This document shows positions 1 to 10,345 of a stretch of DNA of 64,000 bases, piece by piece. The stretch is from Prochlorococcus sp. AG-679-M23. Its GTDB lineage: Bacteria; Cyanobacteriota; Cyanobacteriia; PCC-6307; Cyanobiaceae. Position 1 is the stretch's first letter. Every line of letters begins with the position of its first letter. The DNA is taken from NCBI GenBank assembly GCA_003208875.1, contig QCUR01000004.1, forward strand, positions 131,121 through 195,120, given 5' to 3'. Below the pieces are notes generated by a model. It ran no database searches. It saw only the letters and a list, made by a program, of their open reading frames with translations, and was not told where the DNA came from. The position numbers and the translations under genes are program-made.

Positions 1-1095
1 GAAAAAATTGACATTCCGAAATTCAATTTTCCCTTTAAATTTATAATCCTTATTTAAAATTCCTCCTGAAAGTTGTTGAGTAGAACTAGAGTCTTTAATC
101 TCAATTTCTTCATCTAACAATTCATTTATTCTCTCTACAGCAGTAAGTCCCCCTTGAATCTGTGTAAATCTCTCTGCTAACTGTCTTAAAGGCTCGAAGA
201 GTCTTTGAGAGTAAAGAATAAAAGTTGTTAATGTTCCTAAACCAATATTTCCCGAAGTTACTAGATACCCTCCCACAGCCAATACTAATGAGACCGCTGC
301 AAGGGATATCCATTCAATAAAAGCAGATATACTACTATCATAAAAAATGGTCCCATTAACTGCTTTCTGGTACGCAATACCCGTATTAGAAAATTTCCTA
401 CTGTTGAAAAACTCTCTCCTAAACATTTGAACGACCTCTAAACCTTGAAGATTCTCTTGGAAGTCAGAGTTAAGTTGAGACAATTCCTCTCTTACTTGAT
501 AATTTGCTTTTCTATAGCGTTTTTGAAGCCAAATAATAAAATATGAAACCGGTATTTGAGTTAAAAGAAGCAAAGTTGCCAATCCTTTGTCTATAGAAAG
601 CATCGTTAATGAAATGACTATAAGACTAACAAAATCAGCTATAACTCCGACGGCTCCACTGCCAAAAACCTCAGCCAAGGCATCCACATCATTGGTAAGT
701 CTTGTTAGCAATTTACCGACAGGCATTTTATCGTGATACTTAAGAGAAAGGGAAATAGAATGTTCGAAAAGTTCTCTTCTAATCCTTGCTGTTAATCTTT
801 GTCCAACAGATTGAATATTATATGATTGATATCCTTGTAAAATTAATCTAAATAGAACAGTTATAAACAAAGTGATAATAATTATATTTACAGATTGCCC
901 AAAGAAGGTTTTACTTAACCAGACATCTGTGCTCTCATTTTTTAAGATTGTTATCGCTTGACCAACTAATAATGGTTGAACTGCTCCTGCAAATGAAACG
1001 GGTAATAAGACTATTAAAATAAGATAAATAGTTTTTTTATCTTTAGTTAAATATCTACCTAATTTTTTTATTCTATCAAAATCATTCAAAAACAT
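1..1095 (-). CDS. ABC transporter permease/ATP-binding protein (MsbA/MdlB-like), 5' part; runs off the window start
   Basis: Not in the ORF track. ATG at 1095-1093 reads MFLNDFDRIKKLGRYLTKDKKTIYLILIVLLPVSFAGAVQPLLVGQAI..., with TM helices and an exporter-type 'PVGKLLTRLTNDVDAL' segment. Confidence 0.85.
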   Translation of the reverse strand, partial: MFLNDFDRIKKLGRYLTKDKKTIYLILIVLLPVSFAGAVQPLLVGQAITILKNESTDVWLSKTFFGQSVNIIIITLFITVLFRLILQGYQSYNIQSVGQRLTARIRRELFEHSISLSLKYHDKMPVGKLLTRLTNDVDALAEVFGSGAVGVIADFVSLIVISLTMLSIDKGLATLLLLTQIPVSYFIIWLQKRYRKANYQVREELSQLNSDFQENLQGLEVVQMFRREFFNSRKFSNTGIAYQKAVNGTIFYDSSISAFIEWISLAAVSLVLAVGGYLVTSGNIGLGTLTTFILYSQRLFEPLRQLAERFTQIQGGLTAVERINELLDEEIEIKDSSSTQQLSGGILNKDYKFKGKIEFRNVNFF

Positions 1096-1108
1096 TACTT
1101 TAAATATT

Positions 1109-1747
1109 TTATGTATCCATATAAGATTCTATTGATAAAATCACATCTCGGAGAGGGTTGCTATCTAATCTAAGTGAGAGAGGATTAGCTATTAATCTTG
1201 CAGTTGAATAAAAAAGATCATCAATTTTACTTAAACCGTTTTCTTTAAGAGTCTTGCCTGTAGCGACCAAATCTATTATGGCTTCTGCCATCCCAGTAAT
1301 AGGACCAAGCTCTACTGATCCCGTTAGATGAACTATCTCAACTGGTATATTTAAATCATCAAAATAGGCTCTTGCAGTTTTTGTGAATTTACTTGCCACT
1401 TTACAATTAGCCGGAAGATCCGTAGGTTTTGAATAATTACTATTATTTTTTACAGCAAGTGACATATGACATCCACCAAACTCTAAATCAAGCAATTTAG
1501 CAACTTTCAATTCAGATTCCTGCAATACGTCGTATCCTACAATTCCTAAATCTGCTTGCCCGTAACTTACATAAACTGGAACGTCTCCATTTCTTACCAA
1601 TAAGGCTTTGGCTCGTTTACATTTAGATTCAATAGTTAATGATCTATTATTTTCTAGCAGTGCATCAGAAAAGTTCAATCCTGCTTTTTTAAATATTGAA
1701 ATTGAATCTTTTAACAGAGCTCCTTTAGGTAAAGCTATAGTAATCAT
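1109..1747 (-). CDS. hisG: ATP phosphoribosyltransferase, short form
   Basis: MITIALPKG start (ATG 1747 preferred over 1765), [25 protein letters not shown] motifs. Confidence 0.95.
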   Translation of the reverse strand: MITIALPKGALLKDSISIFKKAGLNFSDALLENNRSLTIESKCKRAKALLVRNGDVPVYVSYGQADLGIVGYDVLQESELKVAKLLDLEFGGCHMSLAVKNNSNYSKPTDLPANCKVASKFTKTARAYFDDLNIPVEIVHLTGSVELGPITGMAEAIIDLVATGKTLKENGLSKIDDLFYSTARLIANPLSLRLDSNPLRDVILSIESYMDT

Positions 1748-1791
1748 ATAACAATTTATTTTCAAACAATTTTTTTAATTCTAAGGTAATA

Positions 1792-2532
1792 ATGGAATTT
1801 AATAAAGAGCAAAAAATAATTGGGATTAGAGTTCTAAGTGATAATGTAATTTGGCTCTGGAAAAAAAATAAATCAGCAGTAGTTATTGATCCTGCTCTTT
1901 CTCAACCTGTAATAGAATACTTGAAAACCAATAATCTTTATTTAGAGGCTATATTACAAACTCATCATCATTCTGATCATATTGGAGGGACCAGAGAACT
2001 CATAAAGGAATGGCCAAATGTTAAGGTTATAGCTTCTTATAAAGAAAAAGATCGTATACCATTTCAAAATTTGTCAGTTAAGGACGGAGACACATTATTG
2101 TTATTAGATGAAGAGGTAAAAGTAATCGAAGTAATAGGACATACAAGATCACATATAGCTTTCTACTTTAATAACAAAGTCCCTATCCTTTTTGTTGGTG
2201 ATACTTTATTTTCAGCTGGTTGTGGAAGAATCTTTGAAGGCACTTATAAACAAATGTATAATTCTCTAAAAAAAATTAAGTCATTACCTAAAAACACTCT
2301 CATTTACTGTGCTCATGAATATACGAAGTCAAATCTTTTGTGGGCTTTGGATCTTGAACCCGATAATCAAATTATTAAAAATAAACTCGTTGAAGTTGAA
2401 AAGAAAATTGCTTTAAAAGAACTTACAATTCCATGCCTGCTTGAAGAAGAGATGAAAGTTAATCTGTTTCTAAGGGCAGATGATTTAAAAAGATTTTCTT
2501 TTTTAAGAGCAAATAAAGATTCATGGGTTTAA
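1792..2532 (+). CDS. gloB: Hydroxyacylglutathione hydrolase (glyoxalase II)
   Basis: [30 protein letters not shown] motifs. Confidence 0.93.
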   Translation: MEFNKEQKIIGIRVLSDNVIWLWKKNKSAVVIDPALSQPVIEYLKTNNLYLEAILQTHHHSDHIGGTRELIKEWPNVKVIASYKEKDRIPFQNLSVKDGDTLLLLDEEVKVIEVIGHTRSHIAFYFNNKVPILFVGDTLFSAGCGRIFEGTYKQMYNSLKKIKSLPKNTLIYCAHEYTKSNLLWALDLEPDNQIIKNKLVEVEKKIALKELTIPCLLEEEMKVNLFLRADDLKRFSFLRANKDSWV

Positions 2533-2556
2533 ATTTATATAAATATCCTTAATCAA

Positions 2557-2949
2557 ATGTCTTCAACAAAAGTAATTAAGACTTCTAATGCACCAGACCC
2601 TGTTGGTCCTTATAACCAAGCTATCAAAGCAGGAAATTTTATTTATTGTTCAGGTCAAATTGCCATCGATCCAGTTTCAAATGAAATAAATTGCCTAGGA
2701 AATATAGAGAAAGAAACTACTCAAGTTTTAAAAAATCTTTTTGCTGTTCTTAATGCCGGAGGAGCAAAAGCAGAAGATGTAATTAAAACAACTATATATT
2801 TAACTGATTTAAAAAATTTTAAAACTGTTAATGATATATACAGTGATTTTTTTAATGTCGAGAACCCACCGGCAAGAGCATGTATAGAAGTGTCTTCTTT
2901 GCCAAAAGGCGTTCTGATTGAAATAGAGTGTGTTGCTTTTTTAGATTAA
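2557..2949 (+). CDS. RidA/YjgF family imine deaminase
   Basis: APDPVGPYNQA, SGQI, PARACIEV, IEIECVA motifs. Confidence 0.92.
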   Translation: MSSTKVIKTSNAPDPVGPYNQAIKAGNFIYCSGQIAIDPVSNEINCLGNIEKETTQVLKNLFAVLNAGGAKAEDVIKTTIYLTDLKNFKTVNDIYSDFFNVENPPARACIEVSSLPKGVLIEIECVAFLD

Positions 2950-3034
2950 TTTAACATTATTTAGAAATTTGAAATAAGAGCCAATTTTGCACCATATTTG
3001 TATAGATTAATAATTAACAAAACTTCTTTGATCT

Positions 3035-3262
3035 ATGACAGCAGCAAAGCTAAATATAGACGAACTAGAAGCAGGTTACCCTTTATTTTGTAAAGCGCTA
3101 AGATTATTAATTTTAAAAGGGAATTCACTTAAAGAAATTGAAAGGACAGTTTGTTGGGGTCATCTTGAAACATTAAACAGATGCCTTCCTGGGAGATATA
3201 AAGCCCCTACTTATTTGATGGCTCTAATAAAAAGAGATATAGATAAACCAAATCATTATTAG
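3035..3262 (+). CDS. Conserved picocyanobacterial small protein (DUF3136-like)
   Basis: 'LEAGYPLFCKALR...RTVCWGHLETL' recalled as this family; 75-aa ORF. Confidence 0.75.
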   Translation: MTAAKLNIDELEAGYPLFCKALRLLILKGNSLKEIERTVCWGHLETLNRCLPGRYKAPTYLMALIKRDIDKPNHY

Positions 3263-3267
3263 GTACA

Positions 3268-3507
3268 TTATTTTTCTAAAAAGTAATTATCTAATCTCAT
3301 AGAAAATTCTTTTTCATTACTTGGTATTTTCTCAGAATCTAAAAAGATGGATACACTTACAAAATTCTTACCGAAACTAATATTGGGATAGATATTTTTT
3401 TCTTTACATAATTCATCTATTTTTTTCAAAAATATACTAATTTTTTGATACTCTTCAAACTCAAATCTTTTTTCAATTCTTGAAGGCGACTCCCTTTGGT
3501 TCCACAT
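3268..3507 (-). CDS. Pterin-4a-carbinolamine dehydratase-like protein (alpha-carboxysome Rubisco assembly factor, acRAF/Raf2 type)
   Basis: PCD-like fold sequence (IEKRFEF...YPNISFG) lacking the HHP motif; lies at the end of the cso operon. Confidence 0.8.
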   Translation of the reverse strand: MWNQRESPSRIEKRFEFEEYQKISIFLKKIDELCKEKNIYPNISFGKNFVSVSIFLDSEKIPSNEKEFSMRLDNYFLEK

Positions 3508-3606
3508 TAACGCGTGATTTATAACGGCAATTAATACTATACATTTATTTGATGTTTTTCGTAATTTTCTGACAAATAAATCAGGACAATCAAAAGCTAT
3601 AAAAGT

Positions 3607-3855
3607 CTAATTAGATTCCCAGTAATCGATAATTCCGCCAATAGTTAAATCAGTCTGAACTTCTGGATTAGGGCAAGCAAACCTTGCTGCTGAACCGCTA
3701 GCGGTAAAAACCCAATTACCCTCTCTAGCTCCAACAGGATCAACCGCAACAACTTTTTTACCTTTATTATTTACTAAAATCCTCAAATTCATGTGTCCAA
3801 GGCCAGCTACTCTTTGCGTGCAAACCATTCTTCCACATACCTTCATTATTTCCAA
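3607..3855 (-). CDS. csoS4B: Carboxysome pentamer (vertex) protein B
   Basis: EutN/CcmL family: VAVDPVGAREGNWV, DLTIGGIIDYW; TTG start. Confidence 0.93.
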   Translation of the reverse strand: MEIMKVCGRMVCTQRVAGLGHMNLRILVNNKGKKVVAVDPVGAREGNWVFTASGSAARFACPNPEVQTDLTIGGIIDYWESN

Positions 3856-3860
3856 AAGTT

Positions 3861-4127
3861 TTATACCTCAATTTGTTTTGGACTATCGGGATCCCAATGA
3901 TCAATAATTCCAACAATCGTTAAATCACTTGGATATGACTTACTTCCTGCAGCTTCTCTAGCTGCAGAACTACCAACACAAATAACCCAATCACCAGGCT
4001 TACAACCAACAGCATCAACTGCTACTTTATTTGAGGATCCATCTAAAACTACTTGTAAATGTTTATGTTCAAAACCAGGAATTCTATTGGTTGATACAAG
4101 TGGTTTTAAAACCTTGCAAATTAACAT
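3861..4127 (-). CDS. csoS4A: Carboxysome pentamer (vertex) protein A
   Basis: LVSTNRI, VAVDAVGCKPGDWV, DLTIVGIIDHW. Confidence 0.95.
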   Translation of the reverse strand: MLICKVLKPLVSTNRIPGFEHKHLQVVLDGSSNKVAVDAVGCKPGDWVICVGSSAAREAAGSKSYPSDLTIVGIIDHWDPDSPKQIEV

Positions 4128-4129
4128 AA

Positions 4130-5659
4130 CTAGTGAGCCTCCTCTGTTTTTTTATCTAAAGACATTCCAATAATTTGAGCGGAATGAATGTTGTCCCTAT
4201 CTCTAATAGTAAGACAAGTGTGCAACAAACCTTTATCAACTAAATTTTTATATCTAATTGATATCGCATTATTGACTCTATAACAATCTTTTGCAGCCCT
4301 ATCTTTTGCTCCGGGTACTTTACCAGAATAATCAAATCTTATTACTACGGGAATAGGTAGATCTTGAGAAACATTTAATCCTGTAAAAATCTTTACTCCT
4401 ACATCCAAATCAGGAGCCCCTTCTTCAACTGTATCAAGATGAGCAAAATAAGTTAAATTTCTTAGATGAACTTCTTTAAAACCAATCCCAACTCCAATAA
4501 ATCTTTCAGCATGACCAATATCTTCATAAGATCCTTTATGAAATTTCTTAACATAATCAATCTGAGAAATATTATTGACTATTAATTTAAAGACAAACTT
4601 GTCCAATCCCTTTAGTTGACCCTTATTAGAATTTCCTGAAATAATCTGACAAATTTCTTTTTCTGCTTCGTCTTTTGAAAAATTTATTGTGGAATTGTAA
4701 ATATCTAAACTAGAAATAGTATTTTCTAAATCAATCTTTCCGTCACTTGAAGATAAATGAATCTTTAACGAATCAGTATCAGTATCAAGACCAATTAACA
4801 TAAGATCTACTGAAGCGCCGCAGCAGAAGCTATTTTCAACAGCCTCCTTAAAAGCTAGTAATTTTTCACGACCCTCTTTAGCTGCTAATTTATCATCACT
4901 ACCATGAGCCGCACATCCCTGATGCAAAGGGTCAACAGAACTAAAATGGTATGTGACGATTTTTAAATACCTTGTATCTTCATGGGCTTCATTTGGATTA
5001 TTTTCTCTATATCTTTTATGTTCAGTTTTTACCCATCTATTCACAGTATTTTCAATATCAAAGAGTGCGCCTGCATGTGATCTTCTTCTAACTGCACTAA
5101 ATGGAATTCTCATTACATAAGCAACTGAATGAGCTAATCTTCCGTCAGAGCACGGTGTTATGTCTAACAAGTGAATTCCACAATCTAGCAGTGCTTTCTC
5201 AAAATTATTTGCGTTAGGACTACCAGAAGAGCCCTCTAACGGGTCATTTTCGAAAAAATTATCGCTTAATTTCTCATGCTGCTTAAAAGCGCACCATGCA
5301 TACAAGGCCCTCATATCTAATGGTTTAACCCAAGATTTATCTAAAATATGCGTTGGTAAATTTATTCCTAAATTTTTATTAGATATAGATTGAGCTGTAT
5401 TTATGAAATCCTCATGATGTTGTATACGAGCAATTTCTTTCAAAGTAGGAACAATTCTGTCAAAACTACTTTTTATTTGACTTTCATATTTATAAAGTTT
5501 TTCATTCTGAGAATTATTAGTTAAGTTATGAGTCTTTTCAATATTTCTTAAATTATTTATTTCATTATTCTGTGAATGAACATTTTCTGTAAAGGTTTTC
5601 ATTGGAGCGGTTGGCCCCAATGTGAAGTTCTTGGCTTTAGCCAGTCCTCTCAAAGGCAT
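4130..5659 (-). CDS. csoSCA: Carboxysomal beta-carbonic anhydrase
   Basis: PCSDGRL, HFSS...GCAAH zinc ligands; GHAERFIGVG; operon position. Confidence 0.95.
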   Translation of the reverse strand: MPLRGLAKAKNFTLGPTAPMKTFTENVHSQNNEINNLRNIEKTHNLTNNSQNEKLYKYESQIKSSFDRIVPTLKEIARIQHHEDFINTAQSISNKNLGINLPTHILDKSWVKPLDMRALYAWCAFKQHEKLSDNFFENDPLEGSSGSPNANNFEKALLDCGIHLLDITPCSDGRLAHSVAYVMRIPFSAVRRRSHAGALFDIENTVNRWVKTEHKRYRENNPNEAHEDTRYLKIVTYHFSSVDPLHQGCAAHGSDDKLAAKEGREKLLAFKEAVENSFCCGASVDLMLIGLDTDTDSLKIHLSSSDGKIDLENTISSLDIYNSTINFSKDEAEKEICQIISGNSNKGQLKGLDKFVFKLIVNNISQIDYVKKFHKGSYEDIGHAERFIGVGIGFKEVHLRNLTYFAHLDTVEEGAPDLDVGVKIFTGLNVSQDLPIPVVIRFDYSGKVPGAKDRAAKDCYRVNNAISIRYKNLVDKGLLHTCLTIRDRDNIHSAQIIGMSLDKKTEEAH

Positions 5660-5666
5660 TATTTAA

Positions 5667-7964
5667 TTAACCTCTTGCACCACCTGAAAAGGTAACCAGT
5701 TGTCCATCACGAGTGTTACCACTAGATCCAGTTATAAGAAAATCAGGTTTTTCTTTCTCATCATTTCTCTTATTATCAACAGGTGGCATTGCTCCCATAA
5801 ATCCCGCTCTTGATGGATTCCTCTTCCTAGCAGAAACTCCTTCTGTTCCCGTGACTTTATCTCCTCTATCCCAGTCATCTCCGGTTATATTCCCAGCAGA
5901 CTGACCCTCACCTGTTATCCTTGAATGCTCTTTTATATTTGTAGGAATATCAATATTTTGACTTTCTTCTTGTTTCATTTTTTGTTTATAAGTCATATTT
6001 TTATTAGGTTCAAATCTAAATTGCTCAGTACCCGTAACTTTATCTTCTGCCATATCAAAAGGTCCTGTGATCTTTGAACTATCTTCATACCTATTACCTG
6101 TTACTCCTTCTGTATTTTTAGCTGAATATTTTTCTCTTGATGGTGAATTAACAGAAAATTCCTTCCAAGAATTTGAAGCTGACTTCTCTTGATTTGCATA
6201 AGAAACATCATTTGGTGGTGTTTCGCAATTTGATAAAAACTGATCTCCCCCAATATAAGGAGTTCCAGTTAAATTTTTACAAGCACCTTTTCTTGCTCCA
6301 GTCATTACTCCACCAATGCCTGGCTGCAGTCCAGTTAATCTAGCATTTGAATTATTTCCAGAATTAACTGTCGCTCGAGATTTCATATCATCAGCAATTT
6401 CAGGATTGCAATTATCATTAATCTGATCTAATCCTGCATAAGGAGTTCCTGTTAATACCTTGCATGACCCAGGCTCATCTCCTGTTACGATTTTTGATCT
6501 ACCTGTCATTGTTCCACTTATCAAATTTGATTTTGAAGAGAGACTCAAACCAACTTTCCTAGCCTCAGGCTGTGGAGTAGATCCGCAAAATCTTTCATAT
6601 TGCTGGGAACCAATATATTCATCTCCTGTCACATTTTTACAGCTCCCATGTTCATTACCTGTTACATAATCAGATCTTCCAACACCAGTTCCTGTAACGT
6701 TATTTCCATTTAAAGTGTCATAACTTCCAACTTTTTCAAATGATTTTCCTTTTGGGCTTGGCTCTGATCCCAGATATTGATCCCCAGTCAACTGCTTCCC
6801 AGATCCTGATTCATCTCCAGTTACTAAGGACGATCTTCCTGGCAAGGAACCAGATACTTTTAATCCATCAATTGTTATGCTTTGCTTTACCTTTGCTGGT
6901 TTTTTTATTACTTCCCCACAATATTTCTTTGACTGATTAGCAGAAATATATTCTGTTCCAGTCAAGTTTTTACAAGTCCCAGGTTCGTCCCCAGTAACTT
7001 TTTCAGATCTGCCGACTTCATTACCAGTAACCTTATTCCCGGATGTTGTGGATGTAACGGAGGCTCTTATAGGTTGTTTATATTTTGGTTTATCTTGACA
7101 GAATTGATCAGTTACCTCAGCTCCCATATATTGCGTCCCAGTTACTGTTCTACAGGTACTAGCTTCATTACCTGTTGTTTTCAAAGATCTGTTAGCTTGT
7201 GTTCCTGTAACGGTTTGCCCAGAATCTGTTTCACTTTTTCCAACTTTCCAACTTGCATCAGCGATATTTAATTTAGAACCATTTTTGTTTGGACCACATG
7301 GCCTACACTTACCATTCCCTTGTTTTGATGTAGATCCTGTTTTACTTCTAAGTTCTCTTACCCTTTGAGAAATTTCCCTACTAGACAAATCCGGGTCTCC
7401 TCTTCTCGCTAAAGAAGCAGCACTTGTATTTTGTTTTGATGCTGATTTTCCATGTTTAGATTGAGCCTCTCTTCTTGCTAAAACAATATCTCTGCTTGTA
7501 TTTGTTATAGGTTTTCTCTTTTGATTAATTCTTCTTTTGATATTTTGTTTAACTACTTGATTATCTTGAATAGTATTATTTTGATCTTTTAAGGTCTGAG
7601 GTTTTTCGGTTAAAATAACTTTATTAACTTTATTATCACTTTTAACATCAGTACGTGTTCTATCTAAAGAATTAATAGCTGATTTACCATGTGTAGACAT
7701 TGCTTTTCTTCTTTCTATGCCAAGTTCTTTACTAGATAATTTTGATGAAGTAGATTTTCTAGCAATTTTATTAGCAGGTATATTAGATTTATTTGGGGGT
7801 GTTAAAACTTTTTTATTCGAAGAAATTGCTCCAGTTGAATGTATATCTTGAGATGATCTAACCCTATCTTTAGTAGAAGAAGAATGTAAGGCAGCTTTTT
7901 TCCCGCCATCACTCATAGCCTTTCTTCTTTCTAGTGCAATCTCTCTACTGGTTTTTGTTGACAT
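5667..7964 (-). CDS. csoS2: Carboxysome scaffold protein CsoS2
   Basis: Four N-terminal Rubisco-binding-type repeats (e.g. SREIALERRKAMSDGGK), repeated (V/I/L)TG triads, C-terminal VTFSGGARG. ATG at 7964 preferred over TTG at 7973. Confidence 0.96.
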   Translation of the reverse strand: MSTKTSREIALERRKAMSDGGKKAALHSSSTKDRVRSSQDIHSTGAISSNKKVLTPPNKSNIPANKIARKSTSSKLSSKELGIERRKAMSTHGKSAINSLDRTRTDVKSDNKVNKVILTEKPQTLKDQNNTIQDNQVVKQNIKRRINQKRKPITNTSRDIVLARREAQSKHGKSASKQNTSAASLARRGDPDLSSREISQRVRELRSKTGSTSKQGNGKCRPCGPNKNGSKLNIADASWKVGKSETDSGQTVTGTQANRSLKTTGNEASTCRTVTGTQYMGAEVTDQFCQDKPKYKQPIRASVTSTTSGNKVTGNEVGRSEKVTGDEPGTCKNLTGTEYISANQSKKYCGEVIKKPAKVKQSITIDGLKVSGSLPGRSSLVTGDESGSGKQLTGDQYLGSEPSPKGKSFEKVGSYDTLNGNNVTGTGVGRSDYVTGNEHGSCKNVTGDEYIGSQQYERFCGSTPQPEARKVGLSLSSKSNLISGTMTGRSKIVTGDEPGSCKVLTGTPYAGLDQINDNCNPEIADDMKSRATVNSGNNSNARLTGLQPGIGGVMTGARKGACKNLTGTPYIGGDQFLSNCETPPNDVSYANQEKSASNSWKEFSVNSPSREKYSAKNTEGVTGNRYEDSSKITGPFDMAEDKVTGTEQFRFEPNKNMTYKQKMKQEESQNIDIPTNIKEHSRITGEGQSAGNITGDDWDRGDKVTGTEGVSARKRNPSRAGFMGAMPPVDNKRNDEKEKPDFLITGSSGNTRDGQLVTFSGGARG

Positions 7965-7987
7965 AATCTTCAAATTAGTAACTCTTT

Positions 7988-8031
7988 AAAAAAACTTTCT
8001 CCAGTAAAATTTTAGTTTTAAAAGGAGAAAG
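7988..8031 (-). terminator. Intrinsic-terminator-like hairpin between cbbS and csoS2
   Basis: CTTTCTCC (7995-8002) and GGAGAAAG (8024-8031) inverted repeat, followed on the minus strand by 7 T (7994-7988). Confidence 0.65.
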
Positions 8032-8053
8032 ATATTGACTGTTAAATAAAAAT

Positions 8054-8395
8054 TTAGCGTCCTTGGAAAACTGCAAAAGCTGTACCTTGGCTTTGTGTAT
8101 AAGCGTCATAACCAATGATTCTTACGTGATGATCAGGGTATGCTCTATGGCAAGCCTCTAACTCACTTACAACCAAGTTAAGATCTTTTTCCCCAAAGAA
8201 AGGGAGCTTCCAATAAGACCAATAAGTTTGCATACTTCCACTCGGATGTACATGCTCAATAACAGGACTCCATCCTTGAGCAATAATGTAAGCAATTTGA
8301 TCGTATATTTCTTCCTGGGTCATCGGTGGTAAAAAACCGAATGTTTCCAGGGTAGCAACTGTTTGATAGTCACCAACTGAGCTCTGGAAAGGCAT
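8054..8395 (-). CDS. cbbS: Rubisco small subunit, form IA
   Basis: ETFGFLPPM, YWSYWKLPFF, RIIGYD. Confidence 0.98.
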   Translation of the reverse strand: MPFQSSVGDYQTVATLETFGFLPPMTQEEIYDQIAYIIAQGWSPVIEHVHPSGSMQTYWSYWKLPFFGEKDLNLVVSELEACHRAYPDHHVRIIGYDAYTQSQGTAFAVFQGR

Positions 8396-8419
8396 AATTA
8401 AATGATTTGTGAATGATAT

Positions 8420-8469
8420 TCTCGTAAAAACGAGATTTGAAAAATTGAGGAGAAATAATTATTCTCCTC
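8420..8469. repeat. Two small hairpins in the cbbL-cbbS spacer
   Basis: TCTCGT-aaaa-ACGAGA (8420-8435) and GAGGAGAA-ataatta-TTCTCCTC (8447-8469). Confidence 0.6.
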
Positions 8470-8485
8470 TTGTTTGAAATCTGAG

Positions 8486-9901
8486 TTAGCCTTGAACGTC
8501 GAGCTTATCAACGGTATCAAACTCAAACTTGATTTCTTTCCAAGTTTCGAGTGCAATAGCTAATTCAGGACTATGCTTAGCAGCTTCCATTAGAATGTCT
8601 CTACTCTCTTTTTCGATTTCGCGACCTGCATTACGTGCTTTCACACAAGCTTCTAATGCAACACGGTTTGCAGCAGCTCCGGCAGCTGAACCCCATGGAT
8701 GACCATGAGTTCCTCCTCCGAATTGAAGACAAGAATCATCTCCAAATATTGCAAGAAGTGCTGGCATATGCCAAACGTGGATACCACCAGATGCAACAGC
8801 AAAAACTCCAGGCATTGATCCCCAATCTTGATCAAAGAAGTTACCTCTTGATCTATCTTCGGGAACAAATGATTCTCTTAAGTTATCAATGTAACCAAGA
8901 GTAGTTTGACGGTCACCTTCTAGTTTTCCAACAACGGTTCCAGTGTGTAACTGATCTCCTCCAGAGAGTCTTAAACATTTCGCTAAAACTCTGAAATGGA
9001 TACCATGCTTTGGATGTCTATCAATAACAGCATGCATAGCTCTGTGTATATGCAAAAGCATGCCATTTTTACGACACCAGTTTGCAAGGCCAGTATTTGC
9101 GGTAAATCCACCAGTTATGTAATCATGCATGATGATTGGCATATCAAGCTCTTTAGCAAACTCTGCACGTTCGTATAATTCTTCAGGAGTATTAGCGGTG
9201 CAATTTAAATAATGACCTTTTACTTCTCCAGTTTCTTGCTGAGCGAGTTTAACGGCCTCAGCAACGAACTCAAATCTTTCTCTCCAACGTTGGAATGGCT
9301 GAGAATTGATATTCTCATCATCTTTAGTTAGATCAAGACCACCTCTTAGGCATTCATAGACAACCCTTCCGTAGTTCTTACCAGATAATCCTAATTTAGG
9401 TTTAATGGTACAACCAAGAAGCGGTCTTCCATACTTATTAAGTCGGTCTCTTTCAACAACTATTCCGTTAGGTGGTCCACCACAGGTCTTAATAAAAGCA
9501 ATTGGGAATCTAATATCCTCAAGACGGAGATGTCTTAAAGCTTTAAATCCAAATACGTTACCTACTAAAGAGGTTAATACGTTTGTAATTGAACCTTCTT
9601 CGAAAAGATCTAGAGGGTACGCAATAAATGCATAAAATGCTTCTGGATCACCAGGAACGTCTTCGATTCGATAACAACGGCCTTTGTAAAATTCAAGGTC
9701 GGTAAGTAACTCGGACCAAACAGTTGACCAAGTACCAGTAGAAGATTCAGCCGCTACCGCTGCTGCAACTTCTTCTCTTGGGACACCTTCTTGGCCTGTG
9801 CATTTGAAACAGGCTAACAAATCAGTGTCGAGGGGGACATATTCAGGAGTCCAGTAGGTATCTCTGTACTCCTTTACCCCAGCGTCATACTTCTTACTCA
9901 T
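8486..9901 (-). CDS. cbbL: Rubisco large subunit, form IA
   Basis: [11 protein letters not shown] active-site motif, [18 protein letters not shown]. Confidence 0.99.
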
Positions 9902-9939
9902 AAGGATAAATTTAGGTCTATTAAGGGAAATTATTTATT

Positions 9940-9958
9940 AGCAAAATTAGATTTTGCT
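9940..9958 (-). repeat. Hairpin just downstream of the csoS1 stop codon
   Basis: AGCAAAAT-tag-ATTTTGCT, a perfect 8-bp inverted repeat. Confidence 0.5.
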
Positions 9959-9966
9959 TTATTTAA

Positions 9967-10278
9967 TTAGTCCTTTTGACCAAGGAAATCGCCATTACCA
10001 AGTGCTGGCTCAACTTCTCTATGAGGGCGAGCAATGATGTGAGCTGCGACAAGACCGTCACCAACTCTCTCACAAGCATCAGCTCCAGCTCTTACTGCTG
10101 CGTTAACAGCTCCCGTTTCTCCTCTAACTAAAACTGTGACATAACCGCCACCTACGAATTCACGACCAATAAGACGAACTTCTGCTGCCTTGGTCATTGC
10201 GTCTGCTGCTTCGATTGCAGGTACAAGTCCGCGTGTCTCGATCATGCCGAGTGCGATACCCATTGTTTCTGTAGCCAT
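9967..10278 (-). CDS. csoS1: Major carboxysome shell hexamer (BMC-H)
   Basis: ALGMIETRGLVPAIEAADAMTKAA...HIIARPH. Confidence 0.98.
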   Translation of the reverse strand: MATETMGIALGMIETRGLVPAIEAADAMTKAAEVRLIGREFVGGGYVTVLVRGETGAVNAAVRAGADACERVGDGLVAAHIIARPHREVEPALGNGDFLGQKD

Positions 10279-10315
10279 TGCCTACTAATTACTAAATGTG
10301 GAATGTTCAATCCGA

Positions 10316-10345
10316 AGAATGGTCCATAACGTACTGATAAGTCAA
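10316..10345 (-). promoter_or_regulatory. Candidate sigma70-type promoter of the cso operon
   Basis: Minus strand TTGACT (10345-10340), 18-nt spacer, CATTCT (10321-10316); implies a TSS near 10311-10308. Confidence 0.5.

Noticed and set aside
6750..6756. In-frame slippery heptamer C CCA AAA in csoS2, with a -1 frame stop a few codons later, reminiscent of CsoS2A/B frameshifting
   Set aside because: It lies mid M-region (about codon 405), I saw no downstream stimulatory structure, and such heptamers are common in AT-rich DNA.
5667..7964. Repetitive DNA within csoS2
   Set aside because: Explained by known CsoS2 peptide repeats; not a CRISPR array or mobile repeat.
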